Of a stretch of 64,000 bases of DNA, positions 35,000 through 49,572 are shown in pieces; positions within the stretch are counted from its first letter, which is position 1, and every line of letters starts with the position of its first letter. The notes under the pieces are model-generated. The model made no database searches, was not told the origin of the DNA, and saw only the letters and a program-made list of their open reading frames with translations. This DNA comes from Tubiluchus corallicola. Lineage: Eukaryota; Animalia; Priapulida. The translations under genes and the position numbers were made by a program. The DNA is taken from the NCBI GenBank assembly GCA_030141605.1, contig JAQGDQ010000197.1, positions 186,001 to 250,000 of the forward strand, in the 5' to 3' direction.

Positions 35000-37685
35000 A
35001 ATAAAGAAAAACTTTTTGAGCCCTGTAAAGTAGATTAGGCAATTCAACTGTTGGTAACTTGAGGAAAAGTTAATTAGCATGCGGATTGACGACGTAATTC
35101 AAGCTGGACGAGACGCCTCTGTAACATAGCCATGATGAAATGGTTCGTGTAACATTGTTCAAAAAGTTTGGTTTATCAAAGCGCAATTAGATTTCGCACA
35201 AAGAAGCATAAAACTCGCGATCTCATCCAAATAAACAAACAAATGAGCTGTAGATTACTGTTATAAAAATCATCAATTATTTACTCTGCGAAACTGCCTT
35301 ATTTTGCAAAATTGCTAGTCTTTGTCATTGATGTAGTTCTGCCGTCTTTAAAAAAAATGTAATCCACAAAAAGATATACGTGTAATGGATGCAGTATAAG
35401 CTAATTGGTGAAGGAAACACCCATTAAAACAGCCCCAATCTTTGATGATATAGTTTTTTTCAGATAATAGTTCAATTGCGTAACAGGTAGATCACTCAAG
35501 GAACAACTGAGTTTGTAAGTCTACACCACGCGTACTATAATTAAGTGTCGGTTAATATAGACTTGGTCTTAACAAAGCACCCTGCTTCTGTAAGCCCATC
35601 AAAACGTCTCATGCCGTTTTTAAGAAAGGAGAAAAATGAGGACGACTACAGCGTATTCAAGCTATGTTTGAATTCAAATAGCTGTAGCTTAAAATGTTGA
35701 CAAGTTTCTTGTAAAAATAAACAGTCAACTGCATTGCCAGGCAATTTGTACAAATTCATCTAGTCATTTTTCACAGGAATATTTCCTGGACTTATGAAAG
35801 CTGCTTATGAGATTACTTTGTTTAAAACTGAAGAAAAGACAAGTTTCACAATTATACGTCGATATCTTTGTTACCGTAGCTCTAGAATCTAAAATCTTGG
35901 AAAAACTCCTCGAAAAATGTTTGATTGATACTTTGGCAGTTTTACAGATCTAAAAAGGCTTTCGACACCACTGACTGTTAACAAGGAAGCTTAAAGAGGT
36001 ACTACAATGAACAGCTTAAGAATTATTTATAAAACAGACAACAGTTTGTCAAAATTGGTGAAAATAAATCAGAATATGAAACAGAAAAATGCATTATGTA
36101 GCGTTTTAGGTATAAAGTTATTTTGACTGTACTTACACGATATACGCAATGTTTCCAAAAGAGTGCTAAGTTTTGTCTTGTTTGCAGATGATATGAAATT
36201 TATTTCTCCCGGGGAGTAATTTAGAACAGTTGTGTAGTGAGTACTAATATAATGTAACGGATCCGGGTTCCATCTCAGATCCGAGTTCCAGGATGTATAG
36301 AGCGGCATACAAGTTATGAAGTACTACAGCAGACGAGAGAAGTAAAAGGAATACGAATGTAAAATAAATTTTAATGCATAACCAGTAGCTCCATGACATG
36401 TGAACAGACTTTTGTATAAAAATCAGCAAACCTACAGCATTCACCCTTACAGACAGAAAGGCCAGGTTGGAATCGTCAAATTACGGCATGCATTCTGTTT
36501 TTTGCAGGTACATTTGCATTAGTGGGCTTCTCAACCATACCCATTACTAACATTAGGGGGTTGGTCAAAATCTGCCTTCGTAACAATAAGCTTCGAACTC
36601 GAAAGACTCAGTGGCAGGTTTGCAATTAATAAACCATCACTTAATCTTACTAAAACAACTTTTTGAGTTATGTTGTAAAAACAGATTGTCAATAATACGG
36701 GAAATTTTTTTAATAATCAAGTGAGCGTTGAAAAAGTGCATTCTGATAAATTTTTGGGCATAACTAATAAGCCAGATGATAATCCGATAATCGACAATAA
36801 GCTTTCATTGAAAAACTACATTAAAATGATCACAGCAAAATTGTCAAAAAGTATTGTTATCATGTATAAAAACATGTGCATTTTAGATAGTCACTTATAA
36901 CAAATTCTTCATTTTTTGCTAATTCACCCATATCTGGAATATTGTTTAGAAATCTTGGGTAACACATCGGTGGAATGTATTTCCTTTGCATATAGAAAAA
37001 AAAAGCTCTTACAGTTATATGTAAAGTTGGGTATCACGATCATGGAGAAGGTAGTATTTCAAAATTTAAAAATTGACTAAGCTAGAAAATTCATTAGAAA
37101 TGAAAACAGCAATTATAATTTCAAAACAAAATGTGGTATGTTATCACAGAAACAACAAGACTATTTTTTATAAATATTAATCCTGAAAATTGTGCGCAAC
37201 AACTTAACCTAATTTTAAAATACATAAAGTACGAATGACATTAAAGAAAATGTGTGCTTCTTCGTGTGGCCCAAATTAGGAATGGTTTGCATAGCCAATT
37301 AACAAAAGCAAAAATATACTTGTATTTAAAAAGTGTTTTTTAAAGTATTGTAATAGACATCTATGTATGAAATTATGTGTGCGTATGAGTGCATTTTGTT
37401 ATATTTTACTTTATTTTATTTTTGAAGTCTAATGTGATGCTTATTTTGTGTATGATTTTGAGTTAATTTTCAACTGGTCAAATTATCATGTATTAAACTT
37501 CTGTAATTTTATGTCGACCGCGTGAACATTTTTTATGGATTCTACAAGTGAAGCTTCTCCTTCATACTACACACTATGTAAATATTGTAATTAATAATGC
37601 CTAACTTTAAATTTGATTGTTTTTTAATGTTTTTAAATTTTAACTGTAATGCATAATTGGAAAATAAACTTTTATTTTATTTACC
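35000..37685 (+). mobile_element. Decayed L2/CR1-group LINE, interrupted by an insertion at about 36240-36580
   Basis: PFLRK/VFKKG region near 35612, DLKKAFDT near 35947, FVLFADD near 36172, FAINKPSLNLTKT near 36620, PYLEYC near 36927, then aataaa and a (tttat)n tail. Confidence 0.8.
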
Positions 37686-38939
37686 TACTTCGCTAAGATG
37701 ACTGCTTAATACAGTTACAAACAGAAATCATATAAATCCCAAAGATTGCATTTCAAGGCAGACAATCGTGTGTGAATCTGAAGAATGGTATTTTCTACAG
37801 CCAGAGGCGGCTCAATTAAAAGCGCAACAGTTCCTCTTCAATCAGCAATTCGATCTTTGTGTGCTAGACACGAGTCGATTGGGTTTTGCTTGTTTAATTG
37901 ACTTTTCTATTAACAGGTGCGCCGATGAATAGCAAATGTGCGTGAATGATGCTGTGTCTACATTGGTTATATACTTGGTCGGCTTCCTGCGGAATTTCCG
38001 CTGAGCGGTTTTAGAAAAGGCTGAAAGAGAGGCTTCACGTGAACAAACGTCTGTGTACGCCGGTGTTCCGTTCTTGGCTTGGTATATTTGGTGCAAATCT
38101 TGGTGAAATTTTCCAGATTTTGAAATCAGTGTCAATCACTAGCTTGATAATGAAATAACAATGTATGAAAACAGAAAATGAGAAATGAAGCAAACAATCT
38201 ACTCTACTGCATAAAGTCGATTTTATATTGAAGTGACTTCTTAAATGTGTAATATTGGAGTTTTGTACTGACAACTACGGCGAGGCTACTTATTGGCATG
38301 CAGAGTGTTTCCAGTTTTAAGAGGTATCAAACAACACAAGTGTCAAGAATTACTACATTTTCAAAACTTTGCGTGGCTCTACTACATTAAATAATAAATT
38401 CATGACAATTTTCACTTTTTTGAAATCGCGCATGAACATTTATTATTAATTTTTAATATTGCTGGCTACACTTCATTGCTTTTTTCTTTGGAGTTTGAAA
38501 ATCAAATATCTATTACCACTTTCCAGTGACTGTTTTAATTGTTAACAGAAAACTAAATGGAGTGTATTAACTAAATTAGCAGTTAAGTCTTAAAGTAAAT
38601 TTGTATGTTAAAGCTCAAACCTACATTTGAAAAACTCAGTCTTAGTACGCTAACCAATCCTTTATTTATTTAAGCAACTTATTAATACTCTATGGGTAAA
38701 TGTTATCACTCTCAATTCTGCAAGCTTCTTTTTGACATTTGCGCGCACAATTATTTGGTAATGTAGCAACATTAGGCCTACTTACAGTGTGTTTGACATG
38801 GATGACTTTTAGTTCTTCGCCACCCTTTCGCCATCCAATCTCACACTATATTTCATATACTCTAATCATCGTAATAATTTTGTTGTACTGTATCATTGTT
38901 TTATGCACTGTGTTTTTTCTTTAAAAAGATGATTATAAA

Positions 38940-40210
38940 GATACTTACTTATTTACTTAATAAGATGTAGTTCATTATAAGTATCATTTCCTTCATAGTC
39001 TTAGGTATTCATGACGCATGCATCAGTTGTGTGCAGCTGCTGTGCCTTGCACAATGTTTTAAAACGACATTTTGAAATCTCGTCGTCATATAAAGGCTGT
39101 AAATTTCATCAGTTTACAAAGAAATCATCAGTCAAAGATTCAGACTTTATTAAGGTGATGCGACAATCATCATGGCCGCCAGACTATTCCACTCATTCAT
39201 TACTCTCCGAGAAAAAGACTGGTTACTATCATCAGGTCTTGGTAATTTTTCAATGAGTTTTAAATTATGTCCACTAGTCTTTGAATCAATAACAAGATCA
39301 AAAGAATTTTAGACAAGAATTTTTCTTTGTTGGTCACGATTTTATAAACCTCAACAAGATCTCCACGATGTAGTCTTAACTGAAGAGTTTTTAAACTACA
39401 ATACTGCAACTTTTCTAGACATCAGAGATTCTTATATTCCAATGCCATTTTATTATATTTGAATAATCCTATTGTCGTTTTACTGGGTTTCTTCAATTCT
39501 AGCTTTTCCAATGCAGTATACTAGTCAATCGCATTGAAAAAGTTAGTTGTTTGTGTCGTCGCCTGTAATTTTTGTGGTAAAGATCATTATTACTTTTACA
39601 ATTAATTTAGCCTGAGACGGGTCTGAGCTGTCTGTACTTCTTTCTTGTGGTAGATGTCAGTAATATAAAGGGTTAAACACTTGGGCCGATACGGCCTTTT
39701 CTGGAGAGTAGAGTGGGAGCTTTACTATTGAATTCTCTCGCCGAAGACATCATTGTTTTCAAAAAGTTAACTATTGAGCTTCCTCTCTTTGTCTTTGCTG
39801 GTTCGACATCAATGTATCTTAAATCTTTATTTTACTTGTCATAAACATTAACGATTTTGTGTGTATGAATGCTCAACAGAAGGTGATCTCAAGGTCTTTT
39901 TCACCTGCTTCGGATTCTAACTTAACTTTGTAGTTGCATTTGTAATTTTACCTTTATTCTAGAGTTTTGTTGTTTTATTAATGCACTTCGTATTGAGGAC
40001 TTTCATTTTAGACTTTTAAGTTAAAGTTATACGATCGAAAATGAATATTTCTTTTTCTTCAGCACTTTTTTTAAATAAGGTCAAGTAAAGTCGTAGACCA
40101 AAGCTTGTATAGTTTATTGAGGAGCTGTCTGGCAGCAAACCCGGCTCAGTAATTAAGGGACTCCACTGAGTGACCTTTATCTGATTTAGCACGCCATATA
40201 TACACATTAA
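38940..40210 (-). mobile_element. Decayed CR1-like LINE
   Basis: Minus strand KVTQWSPL (cf. GVPQGS) and LHRGDLVEVYKIV (cf. CR1 RRLRGDLIEVYKI); (aagt)n-type tail near 38942. Confidence 0.7.
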
Positions 40211-40759
40211 ACATTAAACGTTGACTATAATAGCCCTAATGGCCCTACATGCACTTTGATCGGGGATTTGATCCAGCCTGTGTGTGTTTTTTGCACAGAG
40301 AAATAATAGTTTTTTGCAGGCCACAACTAATTGCAAGATTGACAAAAGGACGTTGATGTTGTTTTTCTACAAAACCACTCATTGATTTCTCTTGGTAATG
40401 AATACAACATGTATATCAGTATAGTATCGGCTGCACGCACATTTTGTGTGAAACAAAAATCATTTGTCTGTACGTATGCAATTTAAACTAGTTCTTTAGA
40501 GAAAAAGAAAACAGCTGGAAGGATGAGTTCTGAAATATCTTTAGTTTGTTGTAACAAAACTGTTGGCATTCCATAAAATTTAATTTTAGCTCACTGTGCT
40601 TAGCGTTGTGACCATAGCTGTGACGTAGTAAATAAACAAATAAATGAAACCATTTATGAAATTGAAAAACAATCATAAAAAATGAGTGTCTTCTTTCAAA
40701 CGTAACACTGGTAGGGGCAGCGACAACAACAACAAAGGTGACGAAGGCACCAAGATCGG

Positions 40760-41090
40760 CACCGATCAATAAGTTCAAGATAAATTAAAAGACCTATGTA
40801 ATGATCAAACGTTAGTACATTTACAACTTTGCATGAAGAAAACATTATTGCTAATAAGTAAACAAATATGACTCATTATTCACCACTGGTATTATTTTAA
40901 TTCTAGTTTAATCAGCTTGCTTGTTCAAGTTATAACTTGCATGACCTTACTATCTCGACACACTAAAGTGATGGCTTCAAAAGAGCTCACGAATTGGTTT
41001 GAAACAATGTTAGGTGTTGGAAGGCCAAATTCATAATATACTAGTCAAATTGGATAGCTTCAAAAGCAATGATGTACCAGTGTAATTATC
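40760..41090 (-). mobile_element. CR1-like LINE 3' fragment
   Basis: Minus-strand remnants resembling RGH-YKL and FF--RVVN-WNSL; heavily decayed. Confidence 0.4.
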
Positions 41091-42399
41091 TGAATTTTTT
41101 TGCTAACTAAGGGGCGTTCAAAAATTACCGTTTACCAACTTAAATATTTCTTTCGCTAATTAGTTTGTAATTTTAATGACGTCTTATACTGCAAGATGGT
41201 TTCATACAACAAAAATATGCAAAATTTAAAAATTATTTTAACGTACGAAAAGGTATTACACTTCAAGGAACAGTGATTCTAATTTGTTCAACATTTGACA
41301 ACGAAACGCATGGCGAGCCAAATTTAACGTATGCACTATACACACAATTGATCCAGATGAATTTTAACAGGCGTTTCCATAACACTGTTATTCTTATGGG
41401 ATACAAATTAAACAAAACAGGATTCACAGGTTACAAAGCAAGCCGCGATGGTTCAGCACTTCAGCACTGTAGCTCATGTTAGTTACTAATATTAAGGTTT
41501 CAATTTATTTTACCGCCCCACCCCCAATATGGCGACCAAAATGCCATTTAATATGCCACTTTTAGGACATTCTATTATACCCCTTGTATATAGTCGTCCA
41601 AGGTGTATATGATACGAAATTGTCTTATTTCACGCCTCATTCTTTTCTTTAAAGTGTTTTTTTAAGTAGCCACCTTATACGAATATAAGCCTTTTTTAAA
41701 ACTAGTTCAACAGGAATAAACAAGTTCGACTCGAGTTGTTTGTCGAGGGTTCACTGACCCCGAGATTGTGAATAAAAAATTTGGTTCCGTCAATATAATC
41801 TAGTATAATCGTTCGCAGGTACAGGCTTTCTTGTAGGGTTTTAGGGTTTCTAGAAAACAGCATCTTGAATTCACGATGGCAAATTGGACTGTGTCACTCG
41901 ATGCAGAATTTGTCTTAATATGTTTCTGTAGTTTCATGACGATCCATTTGTGAAACCGTAAGCTTTTTTTTGAAAATGATGTTATCGCTACAACATTAGT
42001 GTTTGAATATTTACCGAACACTTTCTGGTAGTGTCAAAACGCTAAACTCAAACTTTGTGGAAACTCCTCATGAACTGCTTAAAGCCTACGCCAATTAGCC
42101 CCAGTTTCACTTTTTTATTTATTTTTTATCGCACAAAGTCTACTACATCCTATTTGTCTTGCATCTGCGTATTATGCACCACAAAGTTTTATAAAAAGAG
42201 ACAGAAAAGTAAAATTTCTGCAAGTTAAGAGAACACTAAGATTAGACAGTCTGTTAGACATTCTGTTAGACAGTCATAAATTTAAATTACTAAAACATTC
42301 AGTTTCTTATTATTGCTTATGACAGATAACAGCATAGAAGATTTTACTATTGTTTATGGGCAGGATGAAATTATCTCGATTATGCTAAATTATATTATG

Positions 42400-42632
42400 T
42401 TTTCATCATTCTTTTTTTAACTTTTGGATAGTGCTGTCATCTACCGACATTTTTGTTAAAATTGTTAAATCTTGCTCTTTATTGTTTTGAATTTCATTGA
42501 TTTCCACAGGATACATTTTCATCATTCTTTTTTTAACTTTTGGATAATGCTGCCATCTACCGACATTTTTGTTAAAATTGTTAAATCTTGCTCTTTATTG
42601 TTTTGAATTTCACTGACTTCCACAGGATGCAT
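42400..42632. repeat. Two-copy ~116-bp tandem duplication
   Basis: ttttcatcattcttttt...gatttccacaggat(a/g)cat repeated at 42400 and 42516 with few substitutions. Confidence 0.95.
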
Positions 42633-45600
42633 GTATGCACATTTTCTGACCTGTTTTCACGCCTGAGCGGATTTCACCTGTAATTTTTGTCACGACTTCT
42701 GACAATGATCATGAAGACATTACTTCAGAACAAAATAAGCCGGTGTAATACAATCTTCGAATTAAATTTAATTTTTTTATTTCTATCAGCCAGTATGTTA
42801 GTTCCTACTATGCATGTCCCTACTGCTGTTAATAAATTTAATTCTCTTCTTAGGGAAGGCTGGGCGACTTTACGAAATCTACAGGTTGAGTTTTTTAGGA
42901 CAAAACGATCAGATGCAAAGTTATATTCAAAGTGCGTGCTAGTAGCGAACTAACTAAATAACAAAATTCTCGTTGCACACGTCAACCTTAGAATTTAAGA
43001 ATTCTAGCTGAAACGATACATTTTCAGCAGGACTAGAACCGAAACTTTTACTTCTCATAAAAATGCAGTTTACTGGTATACTCCCTGATGGCTTTGGATT
43101 TGCTTTTAAGTGTGATCGTCACTGTAGCTGTTGGTTGCAATGGCTTCATTGTGTTACAGTAAAGATACATTAGATGCTCCACAATTAGTCGCGTATCCCA
43201 CTATTTATGAAATTATACACTTGATGATCTAGGATTATCTTCAGAATGTACACACATCAAGATACTCCCAATAGTAATGATGTCACCCCAATTCTCAATG
43301 ATCTTCTGACCTCATTTAATGGTTTAACTGTATTGCAAGCACAACTCCATATTGACTTTGTCTACTTGAATCAACCCCATGCTAATGGAGTCCCACTGTG
43401 CACGAACACATTAATAATTCAGTCTCTCTTGTAAATTCTAGCGTATGCTGAAACATTAATCACAATAATTTTATAAATTCTAATGTATGCCCCTCAGAAT
43501 ACGTGTTCTGCCATAACGAACCAGAACGCTCGCGAAAAGGAAATTTCAACGGAAGTAACAAACGTAATTGCCTTTTCATTTTCAACATTTCTTCTGACGT
43601 TTTCTGCAGCGACATTCAGTCTGGAATTTCTAGTGATTTAGTCATTTACTTTGAAAGACCCAGTAGCCATTTTCAGTAATCAGAATGACTTTTATTTTCA
43701 AATAAATGTAATTTATTTGTACAAATGTAATAGTTCCACAGATGTTTTTAATCCAAACACAAGCTAGTCTGACAGAGCAAGGAATACGGCACAGGCTAAA
43801 ATAACTACAGATAATAAATTTTCGGACGGTAAAACTCATTTATAATAGATGTCTACCGAAATCACGTATTTTCTGGAGTTTATATTAATTTTGCTAGTTT
43901 TGTTCTCATTGCTTTCAAATGCGGATTTGTTTGATCATTAATGTTTGGTTGCTTTTCAATATGTAGCTCCTATGATCCTTTTATTAACCAAGTTTCGTTT
44001 TTAAGAAATAGCAAGAATGTTTGCTCAAAATCAGTACAAAAGCAAGGAAAGCAGACTGTTTATACAGTTTTACTTTTCTTGGTGCCAATTAGATCGCGTT
44101 TTCTTGAAGAAGTCAAAATAACATACACTGAGTGCATTTTCATTGAAAACGTAAACTCTAAAAGACCAAACGTATTATTATATTAGGTCGACATAAAATT
44201 GTACATTTTTGTGTAATTATGATCAATTTATCAGATATTTGATGAAATAAATTCCTTTTCCTTTCGTTTTAATACTATTTGATTGATACAATTAATACAT
44301 TAATTAATACATCATATATCTTACCAAATGTTAATTATCGTTTTTTGCAAATTTTATATTATATTAGACTTTATTTGTTTTCTTGCTCAGTTCCTTTGTC
44401 GCATTTATTTAGATAAACGGCATACGCTACAGGATTTTTTTATATCATATCATATTTGGCTCAAACCATATATGGCATACAACAACATATTATCTGATAA
44501 GAAGCCAATCAGATTCGGCGTTTTTGAATATAGACTTTTCGTCAACAGAGAAGCATTTGCAAAAGTAACAAATTTGTCAGTCTGTATTTCGAAATGTTAG
44601 AATTAAATTTATAATCTAACGGCCAACACGTTGTTGTTTTTATTTTGCTGCTGACGTGTTCCAAACTTCATGTGACTAACTCCATTATCCTATCATTGCC
44701 ACTGTCATCGATGTTCCTGTCGCTGTTAAACTTGCCGTAGTCGCAACTTGCCATGAAAATTGCTGACGCTGTTGTTACTGTTGTCGTTAAACATTGAGAA
44801 ACTTCTCTCCTGAAACGGCGCAGCTGTAACAAGACTAAAAACGATTACATATCATAAAAATGCAGTTTAGTGGTGTACTCTCTCATGGCTAAGCAAATGT
44901 TGTAATTTGCTGTTATTCCAAAGAGTAAATTGCAAACAATGCCACAGGAATATAATTTTGGAAGACGACATATTCCGAAGCAAACAAGGTATGTGAATTA
45001 TGAAGACAGAACAAATTTTTATATAAAAAGCTACATCCTATAATTACAGCAAACACATTTGTTTGTTTAAAAGTTGTTTTTGCCTTTTTGGCGAATGTCT
45101 TTCATTGGTCTGTCAATTTTATTTTAGGTTCCATGAATGTTGCTAATTGATTCAACAAGTAATCATTGAATCGAGTCCATGCAGGTTAATTATTATTGAA
45201 AGCCCATAAAGTTACTTGAGGAACGAAGATGCCGATTTCTAGAGACCACAGCCACGGCGTACGCTGGAAGAAAGGTACAAAAGTACTTTATTATCACTAA
45301 TGTTCTGTATTCAGAGTTTATGATATCGATTATGATTACCCCACTAGTAAGGAACGCCAGTCAGCTAACAGTTCAATTCACTCATTACTGGCTCACTGAA
45401 TAATATTATTGATTTTCTGATACTCGCTGGACAACACAAGAACTGAATTAGTGTTTGTATTAATTGATTACAGCAAATATTTACATAACTACATATTTAC
45501 ATAACTAAAAATAGTTCAACAAAACATGCGCTACTATTTAAGTAGCATTTCTAATTAAACACAACGTACGATGTTTTCAGACACTGGACTTTTATAACAA

Positions 45601-46840
45601 TCAGGTATTGCTGCACACTGATTGATTTTTACTTTCATATTTATTAATTTTTGCTTGTATAAAAATTCTATAACTTGAAATGAAATGCGCATATTATACC
45701 GAATACGATTTGGTTTAGTTATTTTTGGCAGGTGCTATATTTTACACGACCCTTTTGCTGCAGTAAGTTTATAAAGGTAGTGTTGCAGCGCGGGGAATAT
45801 CCATAGGACTTTTACATTCTGTTGGTAAATATTAATACACGTATCAATTTCCAAACAGTGGGCAAACGCATTGATTGGCAATATTATAACCCGACTAAAT
45901 TGGTTAAGGTTATTGTGTAAGAGCTAGAAATATCGCGATTTAAATATCGCATTACAGAAAGTTTTCTTTGAATTTCAGCACAGTACAGAGTAACTCTGAG
46001 TTTTATAGGTGCAGCACATCCTTTCTGTATTTGCGTTACGACAATGGATATTTCTGTGGAAAAAGCACTGTTAAAGAGATAAAAATAACCTGTCAGAAAT
46101 ATTTTATTGACGTACTGTTAACGTCATGCGCTTTTACTGGCTTCACCATCTCCCCAAGCAGACTAATACCGCGAAGAAAAAAAACCACTACTAAACATGT
46201 CATGGAAAATCAGATAATGCTTAAATATAGCACTGGAAGAATGGCGATAATCTAGGGACCAACAAGTACAACACTACACAAAAATAAAATAAGCAGTCAA
46301 AATTTTTTGTTGCACCTTTTATTGTTTTCTTCATTATGCCACCTCAGTCTACCTGCTTGCGTTGATAATAAAATGGTAAATATTCAGTATAATGTATAAT
46401 ATGGGAAGCTATAGAGAAGGTAGCGAACAAAAATTCTGGGGAAAATTTAAGTTAACAACGAAATTAGTGTTTAAACAGAAAAGTATCTTTAATTTGTTAT
46501 GCTTGATTTAGCTAGAAATTTGCCATTCTATGTGTTACAAGGATTTAGTACTAACTCTTCTCACTCATGTCATGTAGATATACATACGTACTACCTGTAT
46601 ACTAAAAAGTTGATATACAATCATATGAGCTAATATAAGATCAATTGGAGATTAGTATAAAATCAGTATGCCTCGTATAACACAAGCCAGCGGTAGGGCA
46701 TTGAAAAGACTATAGATATGATAACAGAACGCACTACTTTTTCTGGCTGTTGTCTCTAGATTGAATGCGAGGTTAATCAGTGCTGCTCAATCAAGAGATT
46801 TGAAAACGTTCTGTGTTCCACCAGTTCCGTACTGTTTATT

Positions 46841-46890
46841 GTGTCCAGACGATCGTTTCGGGAAAAATGCCATTTTCAATGTTGGAAGAT
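46841..46890 (-). ncRNA. Penelope-type minimal type I hammerhead ribozyme motif (variant core)
   Basis: Minus strand tcca-aca-TTGAAAA-tggc-attttt-ccc-GAA-ACGATCGT-C-tgga, then AATAAA. Confidence 0.6.
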
Positions 46891-46990
46891 AGTGCAAAAA
46901 TCAGTACATTTATAGCACAAACGTACCACGGCACAAAAATTACAAAATCAAAAGAGTGAAAACTAAGTAACAAGTGTACAAGTCGAAATA

Positions 46991-47144
46991 CGGGAATGAG
47001 TTTACAATTACCTACACAATTTAAATAGCCTACCCCTACCCCTACCCCTAACCCATCCCTAGCCCAACCCTAACCCTAACCCTAACCCTAATCGAACGCT
47101 TAACGAACTAATTTCTTGTGTGTGGGAATTGCAAGCTTTAACCG
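46991..47144. mobile_element. Short inverted-repeat element with internal (CCCTAA)n, copy 2
   Basis: gagtttacaattacctacacaa ... ttgtgtgtgggaattgcaagctt ends, four perfect CCCTAA units, aaata on both flanks. Confidence 0.7.
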
Positions 47145-47886
47145 AAATACCCCTAAAAGAGAAATCTGATAAAAAACGACAATTCAGGCAAAAAATCATA
47201 ACTACAGCAAGCAGTCACTTTAATGCAAACAAAGTTTAAACAATGAGAAAAGAAACACCGTTGCAGTATTTAAGTCTCGATGTTTAGAAAAAAAACGACA
47301 TCTGCACAATTGTATTTTTCACAGCCAAGGGGGAAACACAGTAAGGAAAAAAGAAACCCTACAACTTCTTCAAAGCAAAACAAAGGCTTAGCCTTTGCAA
47401 AGCACCCGATGGAACCAGTTTGACTTAAATACAGATAGAGAGACCAAGAGTTCGGCACGTTACTACCGATGATAGTTTGGTGTTAAGAGTTGGGCAATGC
47501 TTCGCAATAATACAAAGCCTTTACTATGGCTATTTCTTGTAAGCTTGCTATGCAAGACGTTAAAAGCAGAGTCGATGCCGTCCAAATCACATGCACGTGC
47601 AGCGTAGTGAGAGCGATGCTCTTCAGTTCTTGATCTCGTTGTTACGTACTACCTGCAGGGCTTCATCTTGTCTGAGCAAAGAATAAATATACAATTTCCA
47701 AAGGCTAACAATAATTTATTAGACGAGTGAAGCCTGCTTTTAGCTGCACAAAATGGGCTGAGTTTGATAAGGAAGGTTACCCAAGAACGAAGCGAAACGA
47801 ACATAGTTTGAAATAAAATCAGAAACGCAACAGAAATGCCCACTTTAATTAACGTGCAGGCAAATACTTGGAAACTGCGTTCAAAT

Positions 47887-48325
47887 ACTACCTGCCTGCT
47901 CAATTATCTATCTACTTATTTACTAGCCAACCTTGTACATGCCAACCCGCCTACCCACCTAATCACTTTCCTATCTATCTACCTTCATAAGTATCTACCT
48001 ATTTATTTCTTCATTACATACTTGTCTTCCTACCTACTCACCTACTTATCTACTTACCTGCCTGCCGACCGTCCAACCTACTTGCCTAGCTACGTACTTA
48101 TCTACGAACTCACATACATACCTACCTACCTACCTACAAATGGCCTGCTTGCGATGGTGGCCGTTTTTGTGCATGTGTCTTAAAGTGTTAGCGTTCTTGT
48201 GAATTAATTAATATTGGATGATAGAACTTAGTCTCTGTTTTAGTGCGCCCCTGTAAGACTGCCTAAATACCTTCCTATGTACTTACCTGTCTATCAGCCT
48301 GCCATCCTACCTACCTTACCTATCT
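47887..48325. repeat. Degenerate (TACC/TACT)n tetranucleotide region
   Basis: cctacctacctacc-type units, with an interruption at about 48140-48260. Confidence 0.85.
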
Positions 48326-49516
48326 GCTGTCAGCACGTTTACCTGTCTGCCAGTATTGCCACCTGCATGTCGTTGATTCCGATTTCCATTTTTTATTTTT
48401 TATATCTTTTATATTATATTTATTAGCTAACTACTAACAGATTGACAACAGCACATCAACAGAACAACTGATCAACTGACTGACCAACCAACCACTAAGC
48501 TGACCGGCTAAACGACCAAACAGCAGTTTATCACAAATCGCAAAACAGCCATTAAATAACTGTGCTAATGAATGCGAATACTAACAAACACATCTGCAAA
48601 ATGTAACAACGATTAATCGAATGAACAAAAGAATGTTTATTCGTTTGTATTTGCAATGTTGTATTTATTTAATTTAAACGAATGAAAGAGTTTTCGAGTT
48701 TAGAAAAACAGGGGAATAAAACGTCTTCGAAGATTCTCAGCTTTCCTTTAAATAATTTCCGCTACATGTAATTTTAAAGCGAAGCACAATGTTATTTATT
48801 GCACACAGCGGCATTATATCTGCCTGCAACATGGAGCTTATAGTCCTAATTTACAGTTAATGAGAATGCTGATAGCTTGGTAAAACCATGGTCGAGTCAG
48901 CGCTGTATGTCATTTATAATGCGTATCCTTGTGACGGGTTCTCTGCAGTTAACGGTGAAAATATAGGAAAAGCGCTACGCGTAATGAAATAAAGCAGAAT
49001 TCTATTCTTGGCGATATCAGGATAAACGCGTTAAGAAGAATTTAACACTGTACATGTATTTCATTGAAGCCCCGAGGTTTGGTAAGAAAGAGAGGTTCAT
49101 TTGGACTCTTTTAGCCGACCTTACACAGCAAAAACTACGTGCAGACAGCAAAGAATGAACAACTGTGTAAAAAATTTTCCTTTTGACGCTTACTTACTTA
49201 CATTTAGTTAAAGTGTAATTTATAGTTATGCGGTCTTCAGTTTTTAATAATTAATTCCAAATGTTCAAGCTAAACTGGGAAAGCGCGCGACGCCAACGTG
49301 TGTACGGACCAGTTTGTAATAATTACCCATTATGTAATATGTGTTAGTTTTGTAATAAATCTGTATATTATGTGATATCCTTACGTGCTTAAAATGTAAT
49401 AAAAATGTGCTCACTTTGTAATAACTTATGTGACCATTGTGTAATAAAAACTTTGCTCATTATGTTATTCGTATTTTAACATCTGTGACATTACATTTAT
49501 TGTAATTAATTTGAAA

Positions 49517-49572
49517 GTGGCTGACTGGTATGGCACTGCAGTAAACCATGGCGTTCGAATTCACTGTGCCAC
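49517..49572 (+). mobile_element. tRNA-derived SINE-like head
   Basis: tggctgactgg (A-box-like) and gttcgaattc (B-box-like), too short for a tRNA. Confidence 0.35.

Noticed and set aside
43008-44890. ~80-bp similarity between 43008-43093 and 44811-44890 as LTRs
   Set aside because: Too short and diverged, with no TG..CA ends, PBS or internal gag/pol; likely a dispersed repeat fragment.
47030-47092. Chromosome-end or fusion telomere
   Set aside because: Only a few perfect units, embedded in flanks shared with a second dispersed copy.
47836-48183. 115-aa YLPT-repeat ORF
   Set aside because: Translation of a degenerate tetranucleotide repeat.
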